In this document: positions 37,987-50,758 of the stretch, piece by piece
Position numbering within the stretch: the stretch's first letter is position 1
Layout: every line of letters begins with the position of its first letter
Assembly (NCBI RefSeq): GCF_006345805.1
Contig: NC_043010.1
Location: 18,104,001-18,168,000, forward strand
DNA: 64,000 nucleotides
Direction: 5' to 3'
From: Octopus sinensis
Lineage: Eukaryota
Made by a program: the position numbers and the translations under genes
The notes under the pieces: model-generated
Database searches by the model: none
Seen by the model: only the letters and a program-made list of their open reading frames with translations
Told to the model about the DNA's origin: nothing

Positions 37987-39171
37987 GTACTGAATCATTC
38001 CTGCCATGCTACCCTGATAAATAAATTTATTGAGGGAGATTGTTGGTGAGGTATATAGATGATTGGATACGCGAGACAAACAGACAGATATATTCATGGA
38101 TGAGTAGAGAGAATGACAGATGGATTGATGCAGGAATAGATGAGTAGGTGAATGAATAAGACAGACAGACAGACATAAATTCATGGATGAAAAGATGGAA
38201 AGAAAGATGGATTGAAATATAGACATATATATGTGTGTGTGTGTGTGTATTCAGTCCCTAACTACCCATTTAAGAATGCATTCATTTATATATTTACAAA
38301 TATACACACAGAGAAAGGAAGAGAGAGAGGGATTGTTAGAGAAATACATAGTTCGTGTGTTTATAGTGTTCATCCACCAATCCATCCATCCATCCATCCA
38401 CCCATCCATCCATCCATCCATCCATCCACCCATCCATCCATCCATCCATCCATCCATCCGTCCGTCTGTCCGTGCCTTCATCCGTTGATCCATTACTCGA
38501 CTGTGTTATCAGCAAAGTCAGTAACAGCGAAGGACAACAGAAGCAAGAGTGGTTGTGATGATGGTGGGGTACAGACAAGAAAAGGAGAGGAATGCGAGGT
38601 CATCTAGGAAGTAGGATGCGTAGGTACCCATTAGTTTGGACTAGATTTTGCAATACTTAGAAATCAATAAATATTGAGTAGTAACTACCAACAGCACTAC
38701 CACTGCTGTTCACAACTGCTACTACTAATGGTGGTGGTGGTGGTGGTGGTAATAGTAGTAGTTGTGGCTGTGGTGGTGGTGATAGATTACTTAGCAAAAG
38801 TAAAAAAAAAAGTGATATTGGGTCTCTATGAAGATTTTGAGGTAGATTGACACTTGTGATTGTTACTGGAATTGCTCTGATCTTGATCTCTCTCTCTTAT
38901 TCAGTCTTTCCATCAGTCTGTCTATTGCTCTCTCTCTCTTATTCAGTCTTTCCATCAGTCTGTCTATCGCTCTCTCTGTCTTTCTCTCTCATGCTGGTGG
39001 AGAAGGTTTTACACATGTGCTTGTAAGGAAAAGGCAGAAGGTTTAAGAGGGGAGCTTTAGATAGACAGACAGACAGATAGATGTGGTGGTGGGAGCGTGT
39101 GGAGAGGGGGTTAGAAGACAATGTCTGGAATAAAGGAAGGAATCAGGAGTGTGTGATATTCCTTTTCTCAG

Positions 39172-39239
39172 AGACATTGTTGATTTTGACAGGGAATCAA
39201 AATATGCCTGTGGAAGATTAGTTAGTGGTAGACATAAAG
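39172..39239 (+). CDS. Candidate exon
   Basis: gatattccttttctcag|AGACATT...CATAAAG|gttagt; only open frame DIVDFDRESKYACGRLVSGRHK. Confidence 0.4.
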
Positions 39240-40386
39240 GTTAGTCTTCTTCCTGTCTCTTCCTCTGTGTGTGTGTGTGTGTGTGCAGATAGAATTGAAT
39301 CCCAATAATAGCAGTTGTTTGCCTTAAAGTAAGTTCCTTCTTTTCCTCTCTCTTTCTGTCTCTATTTAATATATCATCATTATCATCATCATAATCATTT
39401 AATGTCAGTTTTCTATGCTGGCATGGATGGATCGCATGGTTCTGAAAGTTGAAATTGCATGGTTCTGAAAGTTGATTTCTGTTCCAGTGTCTGCTTTGCT
39501 ATGGTTTCTATACATGGATACCCTTCCTAATGCCAACCGCTTTACAAAGTGTGCCGGCAGGGTGCCTTTTTCGTGCCACCTGTGTTTGTCAGTTTGCCAT
39601 GGAACCCACAAAACTAAAGTGACCCCCCCCCCTCACTTGATTGAGAAAGGTTATAGTAAAGAGGGAAGTGACTTAAAGTATGGTAAAATGTTGTTGTTGA
39701 AGAGCTACATGGCCACCCGGAGTATTGTATTAGGGTAGGCAGGTGGTTTTGGGGTAGAGCTGCAAAGATAGTAGTGGAGGAAATGTGAGAGTGTACCCTC
39801 AAGGTACAAGATGAATAGAAGAGAGTGTGGAGAGAGATCAGGGTGGGTGGATGGATAAAGTGTGCCAGAGGGTGGAGGAGAAAGGAGAGGTGGATGTAAA
39901 GGGTGAGGGAGGGTGGAGAGGTGGTTGATGGCAAATATATGTTGGGGAGGGAGGAAGGCGATAACATTGAGGGGGGTGAAGAGCCACTGGATAATAAAAC
40001 TACAAATAGGGTGGTGGGGAGGCAGATGATTGATACAGTGGGGAGGGAAGGGAGAGAGAGATGACAGGTGAGCGTGGGTGATTAAAGGTTGCAAGATGGT
40101 GGTAGGGAGGGTGAGAGACATAATGACAAGAGTGGAGGAGGATCAGAGGTGTGTGTGTGTGTATGTATGTACATATGCATGCTATGTGTATGTGTGTGTG
40201 TGTAAGCCGTGCCAGTGTGGAAAGCATAGGTGGAGGGCTTAGATGATGACGATGATGATGATGATATATATATTTGAAAAATTGGAATAAGAATGATTTT
40301 TCTGATCATTTTCCCCTATTTTAATGATTAGATGTTTACAAGTTATATCGTGACTCTCGTCTTTTCTTCTCTTCCTGTGATTAAAG

Positions 40387-40443
40387 GAGATTTTTCTATA
40401 TTGCAAAAAAGGGTTCTTCTCTGTTTAGCAGTGAATGCCTTGC
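40387..40443 (+). CDS. Candidate 57-nt symmetric exon
   Basis: Long pyrimidine tract then ttaaag|, donor TGC|gtaaat; open frames DFSILQKRVLLCLAVNAL or RFFYIAKKGSSLFSSECL. Confidence 0.3.
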
Positions 40444-40746
40444 GTAAATGCAATTTTCAAATCGTTCTGTTTTTTTTTGTTTTTTTTTTTGGTGTCAAAA
40501 GTTTTTTTTTAATGTAGTTTTAGTGTCTGTCCGAGTGTTAGAGGGAGAGACTTGTTTCTTATATGATAAAAAAAAATAAAAGAAAAATCCTTTGATTCCT
40601 GGAAGACAAACAAGAATCAGAAAAAAAAAAACAATTTGTAAACATCAGATCATTAAAGTGAAAAATAATTATCAGAAAAGTAATTCTTATTCCGTTTTTG
40701 GATTTGGTTTGCAAGATTCTTTATGCAAGTTTGTGTGTTGAAGCAT

Positions 40747-40994
40747 ATTCTGTTGTGTCTGGGGAGAGTCATTCTCTCTTTGTGCCTTATAATTTAACAC
40801 ACTCACCGGTTAAATTACCACTTATTTCTTTTTTATTTTTCTAAAATTTTTGTTGCGTCTTGCAACCTTTCCAATTGCAAGGTGCTACGAAAATTTTAGG
40901 AAAATAAAAAAATAAATAAGTAGAAATTTTACTCGTGAGTGTGTTAAATTATAAGGCACAAAAAGAGAATGACTCTCCCCAGACACAACAGAAT
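40747..40994. repeat. 248-bp foldback (palindromic MITE-like) element
   Basis: Arms of ~120 bp starting attctgttgtgtctggggagagtcattctct and ending agagaatgactctccccagacacaacagaat, with a short central spacer. Confidence 0.9.
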
Positions 40995-41774
40995 AATTCT
41001 TATGCATTTCTTTAAATATACACACTGTACTATGTACTCTCTGTTTCTATTGCAACTATATACATGATATTTGTAAGTATTATTGAAAAGCAGCAGAAAT
41101 ATCACGAAAACTGTTACTCAGAGTTTCACGTTCTCATTCGTTGGACAGTTTTGTTTAGAATTCTAAACAAAACTGTCTGCTTTTTAATAAAGCATATTAA
41201 TACCTCTGGTATTCGAGTACTATTTTTTCCACCTTGTTTTGCATTTATGTGCTTACTCTGGTATATATATATATGTTCCTTTATTCTTTTACTTGTTTCA
41301 GTCATTTGACTGTGGCAGTGCTGCAGCACTGCCTTTAGTCTCACAAATTGACCCCAGAACTTATTCTTTGTAAGCCTTAGTACTTATTCTATCAGTTTCT
41401 TTTGCTGAGCTGCTAAGGTACGTGGATGTAAACGCACCAACATTGGTTGTTAAGTGATGGTGGGGACATGCAGACACACACACACACTTCTTTCAGTTCT
41501 ACCAAATCCACTCACAAGGCTTTGTTCAGCCCGAGACTATAGTAGAAGACACTTGCCCAAGGTGCCACACAGTGGGATTGAACCTGAAACCTTACATATA
41601 TATGTCAGAAATTAGAATGAGAAAGGCATAAGAAATTATGCAGTGCACTCAAAAGTGAATATATATATTGAGTTCTCATACCTGTAATAAAATATACACA
41701 CACACACACCACACACATATATATATACACACACACATATATATATACACACACACATATATATATATACATAT

Positions 41775-41827
<53 letters not shown>

Positions 41828-43269
41828 GTTTGTATTTAAAGCATAAAGTCAGGAGGTTTGAGACGTGAAGATAGATATTTATTTTTCCATATGACTTCCA
41901 TATGATTGTGGCCATTTCACAACATCCATGGGATATCATTAATTTCAGTCTGCAAAATTGTATGTGTGGCTGCGTCAGTGCGTATGCTCAGCATTATTCA
42001 ATACAATTGTATATACACAAATTGATGCAAATAAAGAATGCTAACTCGTGAGGAACCCACTGCCTAAGTTTAGATGCTTTTTTTAGTTCATGAAAGTGTT
42101 TTATGATCAAAGTGTGACTTGAATCTAACTGTTTTGCTAATTTTCATGCAATTTGCTTTGGAATTTCCTCAAATACGATTTTCAGAAGCTTAATTTCAAT
42201 AGAATTTAGTCATCCAAATTAAGGGGATTCTGTGAGAGGAAAATTTCCCAAGTAAAACTCACCAAACCATGTCCAGACACTTAAACCTCCATAGACAGAA
42301 TGATTATTTCTTGCTGCTTCCATTGTTGAAGAACCCCTTTAGAATTCATACCCTATGCAGTGTCAGGTAGGGGTTTGATCTAAAGCCATTTAAACCTCTG
42401 TGGTTTAAAATAATCTGCAAACAAACATCAGAATCTAAAAATTAATGCTTAGTTTATCATAAGTGTTTAAAAAGTCCTCTCAAAGTGATCAGGTGAGAAA
42501 TGTGATAAGACTTGCTTTCCAACCTAATTATTGATTTGTGTGGTGTGAGCAGGTGTGTACGTCTTACCTCTGGGTGTGTTTGTAGTGCGTGTGTATATCT
42601 CGGTAATTTTTCTGCTAGATGATTAACGTGCTTGTGTGGTGTTTCTATATATATGCACGTGATAAAAGTTTTTCAAGTCTTAATCTTCTGTCCCTGTCCC
42701 CTTTACACCCATCTGCCGCCAATGCAGTCTTTTGCACCCCTTTTCAACTCCTACAAGTTTTATTCCTATATTTTACTCAAGACATCCACAAATCACCAAT
42801 AGACATGACAATTTTAAAATCTACGTTATTGGTGTTAATAACCTTTGAAATAGTAATTTTTTTCATATGTTATTTGTTATATGTTTATATTTGTGTGTGT
42901 GTGTGTGCTTTTGTTTATATTTGTATATGTTTGTATTTGTGTGTATTTATATTTGTCTGTCACTCTCTCTCTGCCTATCTATCAATCATCATCATCATCA
43001 TTGTCATCGTTTAGCGTCCGCTTTCCATGCTGGCATAGGTTGGACAGTTTGACTGAGGCCTGGCAAGCCGGGAGGCTGCACCAGGCCCTAATCTGATTTG
43101 GTAAGGTTTCTACAGCTGGATGCCCTTCCTAATGCCAACCACTCCGATAGTGTAGTGGGTATTTATACATGCACCCACTATCCATGTATCTTTCTGTCTG
43201 TATATTTATCTTTACATATACATATACTTACATACATACACACACACACACATACATACATACATACAC

Positions 43270-43300
<31 letters not shown>

Positions 43301-43660
43301 CACGCACACACACACATATTATACATGTATACATACAAATATATACGTATACACACATGCACATATATATAGTATTATTTAAAAACAATACAGAAAACAT
43401 ATTCAATATTTTAAGCTTTGTAAACATACACGTATTTCAGTAAATCCACTGGAAAGATTATGCAATCGTTTGGTGAAATTATATAATCTTCTGGATTTAT
43501 TTCATCAATGCTCTTGGCAAAAAATGTAGTGCTAAGTTTGCCCAGTATATATCTCTGTTATACAAATTACCAACCTCATCAGTGGAATGGTGGAGTGCAG
43601 GGTGATAGAGTTCAAAGTAGTAAGAAGGGTAAATAGAAGATAGAAAGACAAATACAATAT

Positions 43661-43895
43661 AAGGTGGCGAGCTGTCAGAAACGTTAGCACACCGGGCGAA
43701 ATGCTTAGCGATATTTCGTCTGCCTTTACGTTCTGAGTTCAAATTCCACCGAGGTCGACTTTGCCTTTCATCCTTTCGGGGTCAATTAAATAAGTACCAG
43801 TTACACACTGGGGTCGATATAATCAGTTTAATCCGTTTGTCTGTCCTTGTTTGTTCCCTCTGTGTGTAGCCCCTTTTGGGCAGTAAAAGAAATAA
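43661..43895 (+). mobile_element. Near-full-length SINE family A copy
   Basis: ggtggcgagctgtcagaaacgttagc (A box)...gagttcaaattcc (B box)...ccccttttgggcagtaaaagaaata. Other copies lie at 31453, 54990, 61535, 61838 and 63795. Confidence 0.85.
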
Positions 43896-44099
43896 GAAAG
43901 ACAAATACAAGGAGGAAGCTATTCCCTCTTTCACATATTCGGGCAGGCAAGGAGACCTTTTCATACACACTCACAAATCTTCACATATATCCACAATAGA
44001 AAAGAGAAAGGGAAGGAAGGACAAGAGATAACCCTTAAGCAATGTAAATTCAATGGTGAGGAAAACAACAACAACACCAACAGCAACAATGGTAAAAGC

Positions 44100-44405
44100 T
44101 GTCAGTCAGTCAGTTAGGACAGGTGTTCCAGTTGATTTGATCAATGGAGGAGTCTGCTCCTCATGAACAAAACTTGAAAGTGGTTGAGCACTTTCCAAAC
44201 ACATGTAACCAGAGAGATTCAGCATGATATAGAATACGACAAGGCTGGACCCTTATGAATTACAGGTACAACTCATTTCTGCCAGTTGAGTGGACTGGAG
44301 CAATGAGAAATGGAGTGTCTTGCTCAAGGACACAATGCACTGACGGGAATTGAACTCACAACCATTTGATTGTGAAGGGAACACCCTAACCACTAAGCCA
44401 TCCAC
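44100..44405 (-). mobile_element. tRNA-derived SINE family D
   Basis: Minus-strand head tggcttagtggttagggtgtt...gagttcaattccc. Same family as 51285-51570 (minus) and related to 7590-7700 (opposite orientation). Confidence 0.7.
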
Positions 44406-44744
44406 CTTCACAACAATAACAACAACAACAATAACGGCAGCAAGAATATTAACGAGAGTGCAAACAGCCATCGTCATAAATCAGAGGTGAAGAGGTGGTC
44501 TCTTCTGTTGACAAGTTTATAATATCTGACTCCAGTAAACCTTCTCTTGGGTGGTAAACAGGCCAAAAGGGGTGTTCGTCATCCCCAAACCCTTTCACCT
44601 ACAGGTGTCCACCATCAAATGCGTACGGTCAGTTATTCTCACCTCTACGTACAACACCACACCTTGGCACCCACACACACATATATTAGAGCATACACTC
44701 ACACAAACACACATACGACTTCATTAATGCATCAATGCACTCAC

Positions 44745-45128
44745 CCATGCACAAAGAAGCTTGAGAGGCGGTTGGATGGAACTTACACTCGCCTCCTTAT
44801 GAGAGCTCAAAATCTCTTGTGGAAGCATCATCCAACCAAAGTACAAATATATGGGAAATTACCACCTGTATCATCTCTTGTGAAAGGTAGAAGAGTCCAG
44901 TTTGCTGGACATTGTTGTAGAGCTGAAAACGAGGTAATTTCTACTCTTCTTCTCTGGAAGCCATCTGCTCGCGATACCAGAGGGTGCACACTCTCCTACC
45001 CTGATGTAATCTCCAGGGATACAGGCATCCAGCAACAGGACCTCCATAATGCTATGATGAACCGTGAAGTCTGGCGTAACATAGTAAATTCCATTGTATC
45101 GACCACGTGTCAAACAATGATGATGATG
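44745..45128 (+). mobile_element. RTE-superfamily (RTEX-like) LINE 3' end
   Basis: LERRLDGTYTRLLMRAQNLLWKHHPTKVQIYGKLP..RRVQFAGHCCRAE..LLLWKP, ending in a (GAT)n tail. Confidence 0.85.
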
Positions 45129-45559
45129 CACAAATTCCTTCTTTGTTATCGTGACTGCATGCGAAATAAGCTGATTCAGTTACTTTTAACCTTCCACTCT
45201 GCGCTTGCACATGAGTTTGTTGGTGTTCACATAAAATAGTGGCCGCTTACCTAAGTGATTTATGTAAGTCTGTCAGTTGCAGTAAGTTAATAGGCCCTTT
45301 CAATTTGTAGCTGTAGTGATGCACGTTGCGTCCTGTAGAAGGTTGCATTCGAGGTGTAATCGAGGTTGTTGTTTTTGTTGAGGATGATTACATTTTTGAT
45401 TGGATGATGTTCAGGTTGGTGAATGCATTAAGTTTTCTGTTGTCACATATCTCACTGTTCCTAGTTCTGTAGTAATCTGGTTCTCTCTAAAAATGCTGCT
45501 GATACAAGCACACCTGGAGCATATACATAGGTGATAAGGGTGTACAAACAGGGGTATAC

Positions 45560-47780
45560 AAGTAGAATGCTTTGCTAAATCCCATTGAGTGTACTAAAAC
45601 CATGAGAGGTGCATGGCTCTAGTCCTTGTGTCGATTGTAAGGCCAGCTGTGTACTAGTGGACCCATTCATAGCCCAGGTAGTTCTCAGTCTGGTAATTTT
45701 GGCAAGTCCTATTCCTGTTCAGCATTCACTACACTTATCAGGAAGGTGTCTAATGTCAGCCAATACATTGTCCAACCCCTCTCTGGTACGTAACTTTCAT
45801 GGATGTCTATCTTCACAATATGCTATGGTGTGTCTCAACCATTTCAATCTATAGCTAATCTTCTTCTTGTCTAAGCTATGGATAAATTCAGTGGGAAGAG
45901 ATGCTTACCATTAAGGTCAACAGAAAACTCCCAAGTCCCTTCGCATCATTCTTCTTCCTTATTGTCACTGGCTTGCAGTGTCCACCTTTCATGCTAAACT
46001 TTATCTTCCCATGCTCTATTAATTGTGATCTTTTGCTGATGTTAATGTACTTCACCCTCTCTGCCGCTGCATCGACCACTATTCTAAGTACTTGGTTATG
46101 CCACCCTGTGTACCCATGCACCAGACCTAGTGGCCAGTTGAAGGGCATCTACCTCATTCCAACATCTGCACAGATTATTCACCATTGTTTTTCAATGCTC
46201 CATGTTTACAGGACTGAGAAGCATGTCGTAAATGCAGCTAGTCAGAAAAGGGATTCTAGCTGGCCCCCAAGACCAGTGTCCTTTTTATCCTACCTTTTAC
46301 CTGACCATAAACTCTTCCCAAGCAGTACATTGTCCCTATTAGCTCCATTAATGGATTTTCACCTCTTCTCTCTTTAACTGTTTGACTATTGCTGTCCTTT
46401 TCTCTATCTTGTTCATAGAATTGTATGGTTTCAACTCATTGTTGCTGTCTCTAATGGGCCTTTGTTCTTGAACAAAGCCACCCACACAAAGTTCCTTGGC
46501 AATCCTAGCCACTTGTGAATATAGGCGTTACATTTCCATTCAATTGTCACAACCTGTGTCCCTGCAGTTTCACATGACACCACTGGCCTCTGCAGTCTGG
46601 GGTTCAAAGCTAATTGCAAACACCAAAGTTTGAACTTACCTGGTGGTAATGTATTTCTTTTTCTTGATCATTGAGAGTCCCTTGTCAGCCCCATTTTCTT
46701 TATCCTCATCCCCTCACTTCTATCATTAAACATTCCATCATCCAGCCTGCCTGCCCAGGCCCTTCACACGATCCTCTGGTATTGTAGGCATGACTTCTCT
46801 TACGATCTCATACTTTACTTCTTTCTGTCCGCCCTTAATGAGTGTTACCCTGTGCGGCTCATCAGCCTCACCCAGCCTGTACAGGATTCTCACCGTTCAC
46901 TTCTGATCCCTATCTAACAATACATTCTTAGGTGAGTGGCTCTTCATTTTATGGTCGTGAGCCATTATCCCTTATAGGATGAGTTCCATTCCAAGAACAA
47001 ACCATATGAGTGAAATTGTACACCCAGCTACAATTCCTCATCTCAAGCTTTTGCCAAGTCTGTGTGTAATCCCTTGGTATAAATCGCGTGTAGAACCTGC
47101 TGCAGTAATCCACGATCAGCTTGCAGACTTCTGGTGGGATCCAGAACAGCTCCATGGTATACTCAACCAGTTTGTGTAACACTGACTCAAAAGTCTTTGA
47201 CAAACCAATTCACACAACTGCTAGCTTGTGTTTCTCTCTCTTTTCTGTCTGTATGGCATCCCAGATCAGAGCTACATGTTCTATTGAGGTCTGCAATTTG
47301 GCACAAGGAATATTTTCCCATTATCATTTAGTTAGGAATTTGGTCTGAATTGGTTTAGAATCGGTGAGTTCTACTTCTTGGGGAGGTAAATACCTTCTGC
47401 TCTTATTTATCAGCTCATAATTGCCTTCTCTTTCCAAGCTCTTCAGAGATGGAAAAATAATTTGTTGGTCAGAGCAGAACCCCTTTTGTAGACTTTGTGG
47501 GGCATGCCATCTTATCCTGGATGCTCTTCAATCATGTCTTTTTAATAAAGTCCTGGGGTTCTTCCATCTGGAAGTTTCCAAGATCAAATGTGGTTCCTGG
47601 TGCTGTTAGTTTTGGTATCCCTTGCTTTGGTGATAAAAGGGTTACCTCAAAGACTGTCAATATAGGTTTTGCACAAGGGTGTCTCCAGATTGTCCTTGCT
47701 ATATATCAAATTACTATTTCTGCTTTCCTGAAACGGACCTTTTGCAAGTACCTCTGCTGCTAATTTGATCAGTCAGGTAA
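45560..47780 (-). mobile_element. Decayed HERO-like (R2/NeSL group, RLE) non-LTR retrotransposon
   Basis: PG*DGMPHKVYK, EHVALIWDAIQ, FESVLHKLVEYTMELFWIP..GCTISLIWFVLGMELIL (RT), WLGLPR, GWHNQVL and WEFSVDLNGKHLFP (RLE region). Many frameshifts. Confidence 0.8.
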
Positions 47781-48274
47781 TGAAAGCCATCTAAACTCGA
47801 AGGATCTCCACAAGGGGCCCAGCTTAACGAGACCTAAACCTAGGCTCTTGGAAAGACACTCTCGTCACTGTTGGTAATATCATAAAATATTGCATGTCTA
47901 TATATCTATATTTATAGATGATTTCACTTTCGAATGTTTTATCACTCGTACAAAGTAATGTAATAAATACTATTTTCAAAAACAATACTATTTATTACCA
48001 CCACCCAATAAAATTAAAAGAACTTTCTCATTTGTATAACTCCTCCCACAACTTCTGCCGTTTACTCCCTCGCTTTATCTTCCTCTCCTCTTCCTTCTTC
48101 TCAATGAATCTTGCCCTGCACTCTTCTTGTACCTCTTATGTTAACTCTCTCTCTCTCTCTCTCAGTATCGCTGTTTTACTCTCTACCCCTCTCTCTACTT
48201 AATGTAAAGCGTGACTCGAAAACCAACCACCACCAACCAACGAGCATTTATATCGGCTAGTACTATATATATAT

Positions 48275-48306
<32 letters not shown>

Positions 48307-48842
48307 AATATATAAATATATAAATTAGGCCGCTCTGTTTCCGCAGCAGGGAGCTAGCAACTCAAACAAGTCTACACACATACATGTGTTTTGTGTGTGT
48401 ATATTCCTGCTTATTATCACCCATATATATATATATATATATATACATACTTTATTTAATACCCTTTTTTTTTTACTATAGTTACACTCTACTTCTTAAT
48501 CATGGCATCGTATCCGATATCTATCACCATCATCATCATCACCACCGTTGCATTGTACTTTATTTCTGCTCGATTCGTTCACACACTCCAGAGGACATTG
48601 ACCTCCTTAATGTAATCGCTGCTGCTGCTGCTGCTACCACCACTACTACTACTACTAGTACTACAGCTGCTGCTGCTGCCTTTCTGCCTTTATTTCTTGG
48701 CTTTTGTCGTTTATTTAAAAGTCTACCAAAACCAGCACGACGGCAGAATGCATTAATGCCTTAAATTCCCATAACCTCCTTTATAAGACCGAAACTGTAT
48801 TTTTCTCCATTATCCTAAATTCCAATATCCTCCCACATACTC

Positions 48843-48888
<46 letters not shown>

Positions 48889-49339
48889 ATTATCATCATC
48901 ATCATCTCCTCTTAAATTAATGTTACCTTAACATAGCATGTCTCTGCGACTCGCCTTAAGCGTCAAGGATTATCCATTTATTGATTTTTGGTTTCAATTT
49001 CCGTTTATTTCATAATTAATTTCTTTTCGCTCTCGTTTTTTTTTTTTTTTTGCCTAGTTTCACTATCAACCATCTGTTGTACCCAAATGAGCGGAGGGAA
49101 AGGTCCACAAAATATAGTAGGGAACCTATTAAGGGATTACATACTATGTCGATCGAATGATTTTATTTTATTTTATTTTTAATGCGAAATGTGTGTATTT
49201 GACTTGAAAAGATCGCTATTATACAATTTAATGCCGCTTGATTTATTTTCTTTCGTTTTTAAAGATACGTTATTTAATATAAATTAGGAATATGTGTGTG
49301 TGTGGACATACATACATGCATACATACATACATACATAC

Positions 49340-49395
<56 letters not shown>

Positions 49396-49585
49396 GGTTT
49401 GGAGATGATGTACAGGTATTTTATATTAGAAGAAATGAGGTACTCAGAAGTTCGGATGGTTTTATATTTACAGATATTTATTTGTATATTACATTTTTTT
49501 ATACATCATATATATCATATATTAGCGCTTTCGTCCATTCTAGTGGAGTTTGCAAATTCTCTCCTCGTTTGTCATTGTATTTTAG

Positions 49586-49710
49586 GTACCTGGTCCATTG
49601 TATCTATATAGCCTTTTTGACCGATCTTTACCCATTCTGCATACATCTTTATTACACAATACATACACATATGTACATTTCTTATCTATGGTTGGTTGGA
49701 CAAAATGAAG
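49586..49710 (+). other. Candidate exon, possibly 5'UTR plus start codon (MK...)
   Basis: ctcctcgtttgtcattgtattttag| acceptor; ends CAAAATGAAG|gtgagg with a strong invertebrate Kozak context and donor. Confidence 0.35.
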
Positions 49711-50707
49711 GTGAGGTTGGAACTGACTAGTGTGGCGTTCTCATGTCTTTTAGAAGGGCATGGATATCACAGTTAATCTATAAACTGTATATAAAGGGAT
49801 CATTAGGGATGGTCACCTGAAGTACGATTGAGATGTGTGTCGGTGAAGGAAGTGGCTGTCCGTTCTGATCCTGGTTTCTCTTCAGTCGATTGTGTTTGCC
49901 TTCTAGTAATTCCTGGCCGACCCAATGAGGGAGATTAACTAATACGTGGTCGCTCGACTTGCTAGAAATTATAGACACATATAATCCTTTATATATCATT
50001 CACACTCTACGACCTTAAACAATGTTAGGGCACATTTGAGGATGTGGTTCTGCAAACCTTTTTGCTTGATCAAGGTTTACCTGAAATTAAACCGCAAATT
50101 TGTCCTCTCAGTGTTGAGAAAAGGAATGACAGAATGTGTGTGTGTGTGTGTGTATATGTATGTATGTGTGTGTGTGTGTGTGTGTGCGTGCAGTAGTAGT
50201 AAGGTTACTGGGGGATTTATGAAAGTGTTGCCGTATTCCTTATGTAACCCTCTCTACGATTTCGAGCTTTCTCTACACGTTAAGACATGTTAAGATAATA
50301 GACACGCTCTCTATAACTTATACAAGTCTTGTGTAATTTATTACTTATAATTATTAATGGGTTATGGGATGTGATATGGAATGCTATTGAAACAATCGTA
50401 ACCAGTATTAAACTTAGGTTGCACAAATATCTTCACCTTTATATATATAAAGGATAAGACCATTATTTAGAATAACGATCATATCAAGTAGCCAATATGG
50501 AAAAAAACCATATAGGTAATAATTATTATAGATATATAATAATATAAATATAATTATAACACACACACATGATTCTTTATACGGGACACGCAACCGGATT
50601 ATTTTTCTCCCTCCAGTATATTCTGCCTGTATCATATATTAGGCATTTCACTTGGAAATAAATGAATTAAAAAAAAAAAAATGTTAGTAATAATCTATTT
50701 CTTGAAG

Positions 50708-50758
50708 AATTAAGATACCAAATGAAGCGTATTTGGCGTTCATCAGTTCTGCGAATCT
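50708..50758 (+). CDS. Candidate 51-nt symmetric exon
   Basis: aatctatttcttgaag| ... AATCT|gtgaga; open frames LRYQMKRIWRSSVLRI or IKIPNEAYLAFISSAN. Confidence 0.3.

Noticed and set aside
43661-43750. tRNA gene
   Set aside because: Only A/B-box SINE heads continuing into SINE bodies; no cloverleaf with an acceptor stem.
44547-45239. 230 aa ORF as a host gene
   Set aside because: Its core is an RTE-type LINE C-terminus fused to (CA)-repeat sequence.
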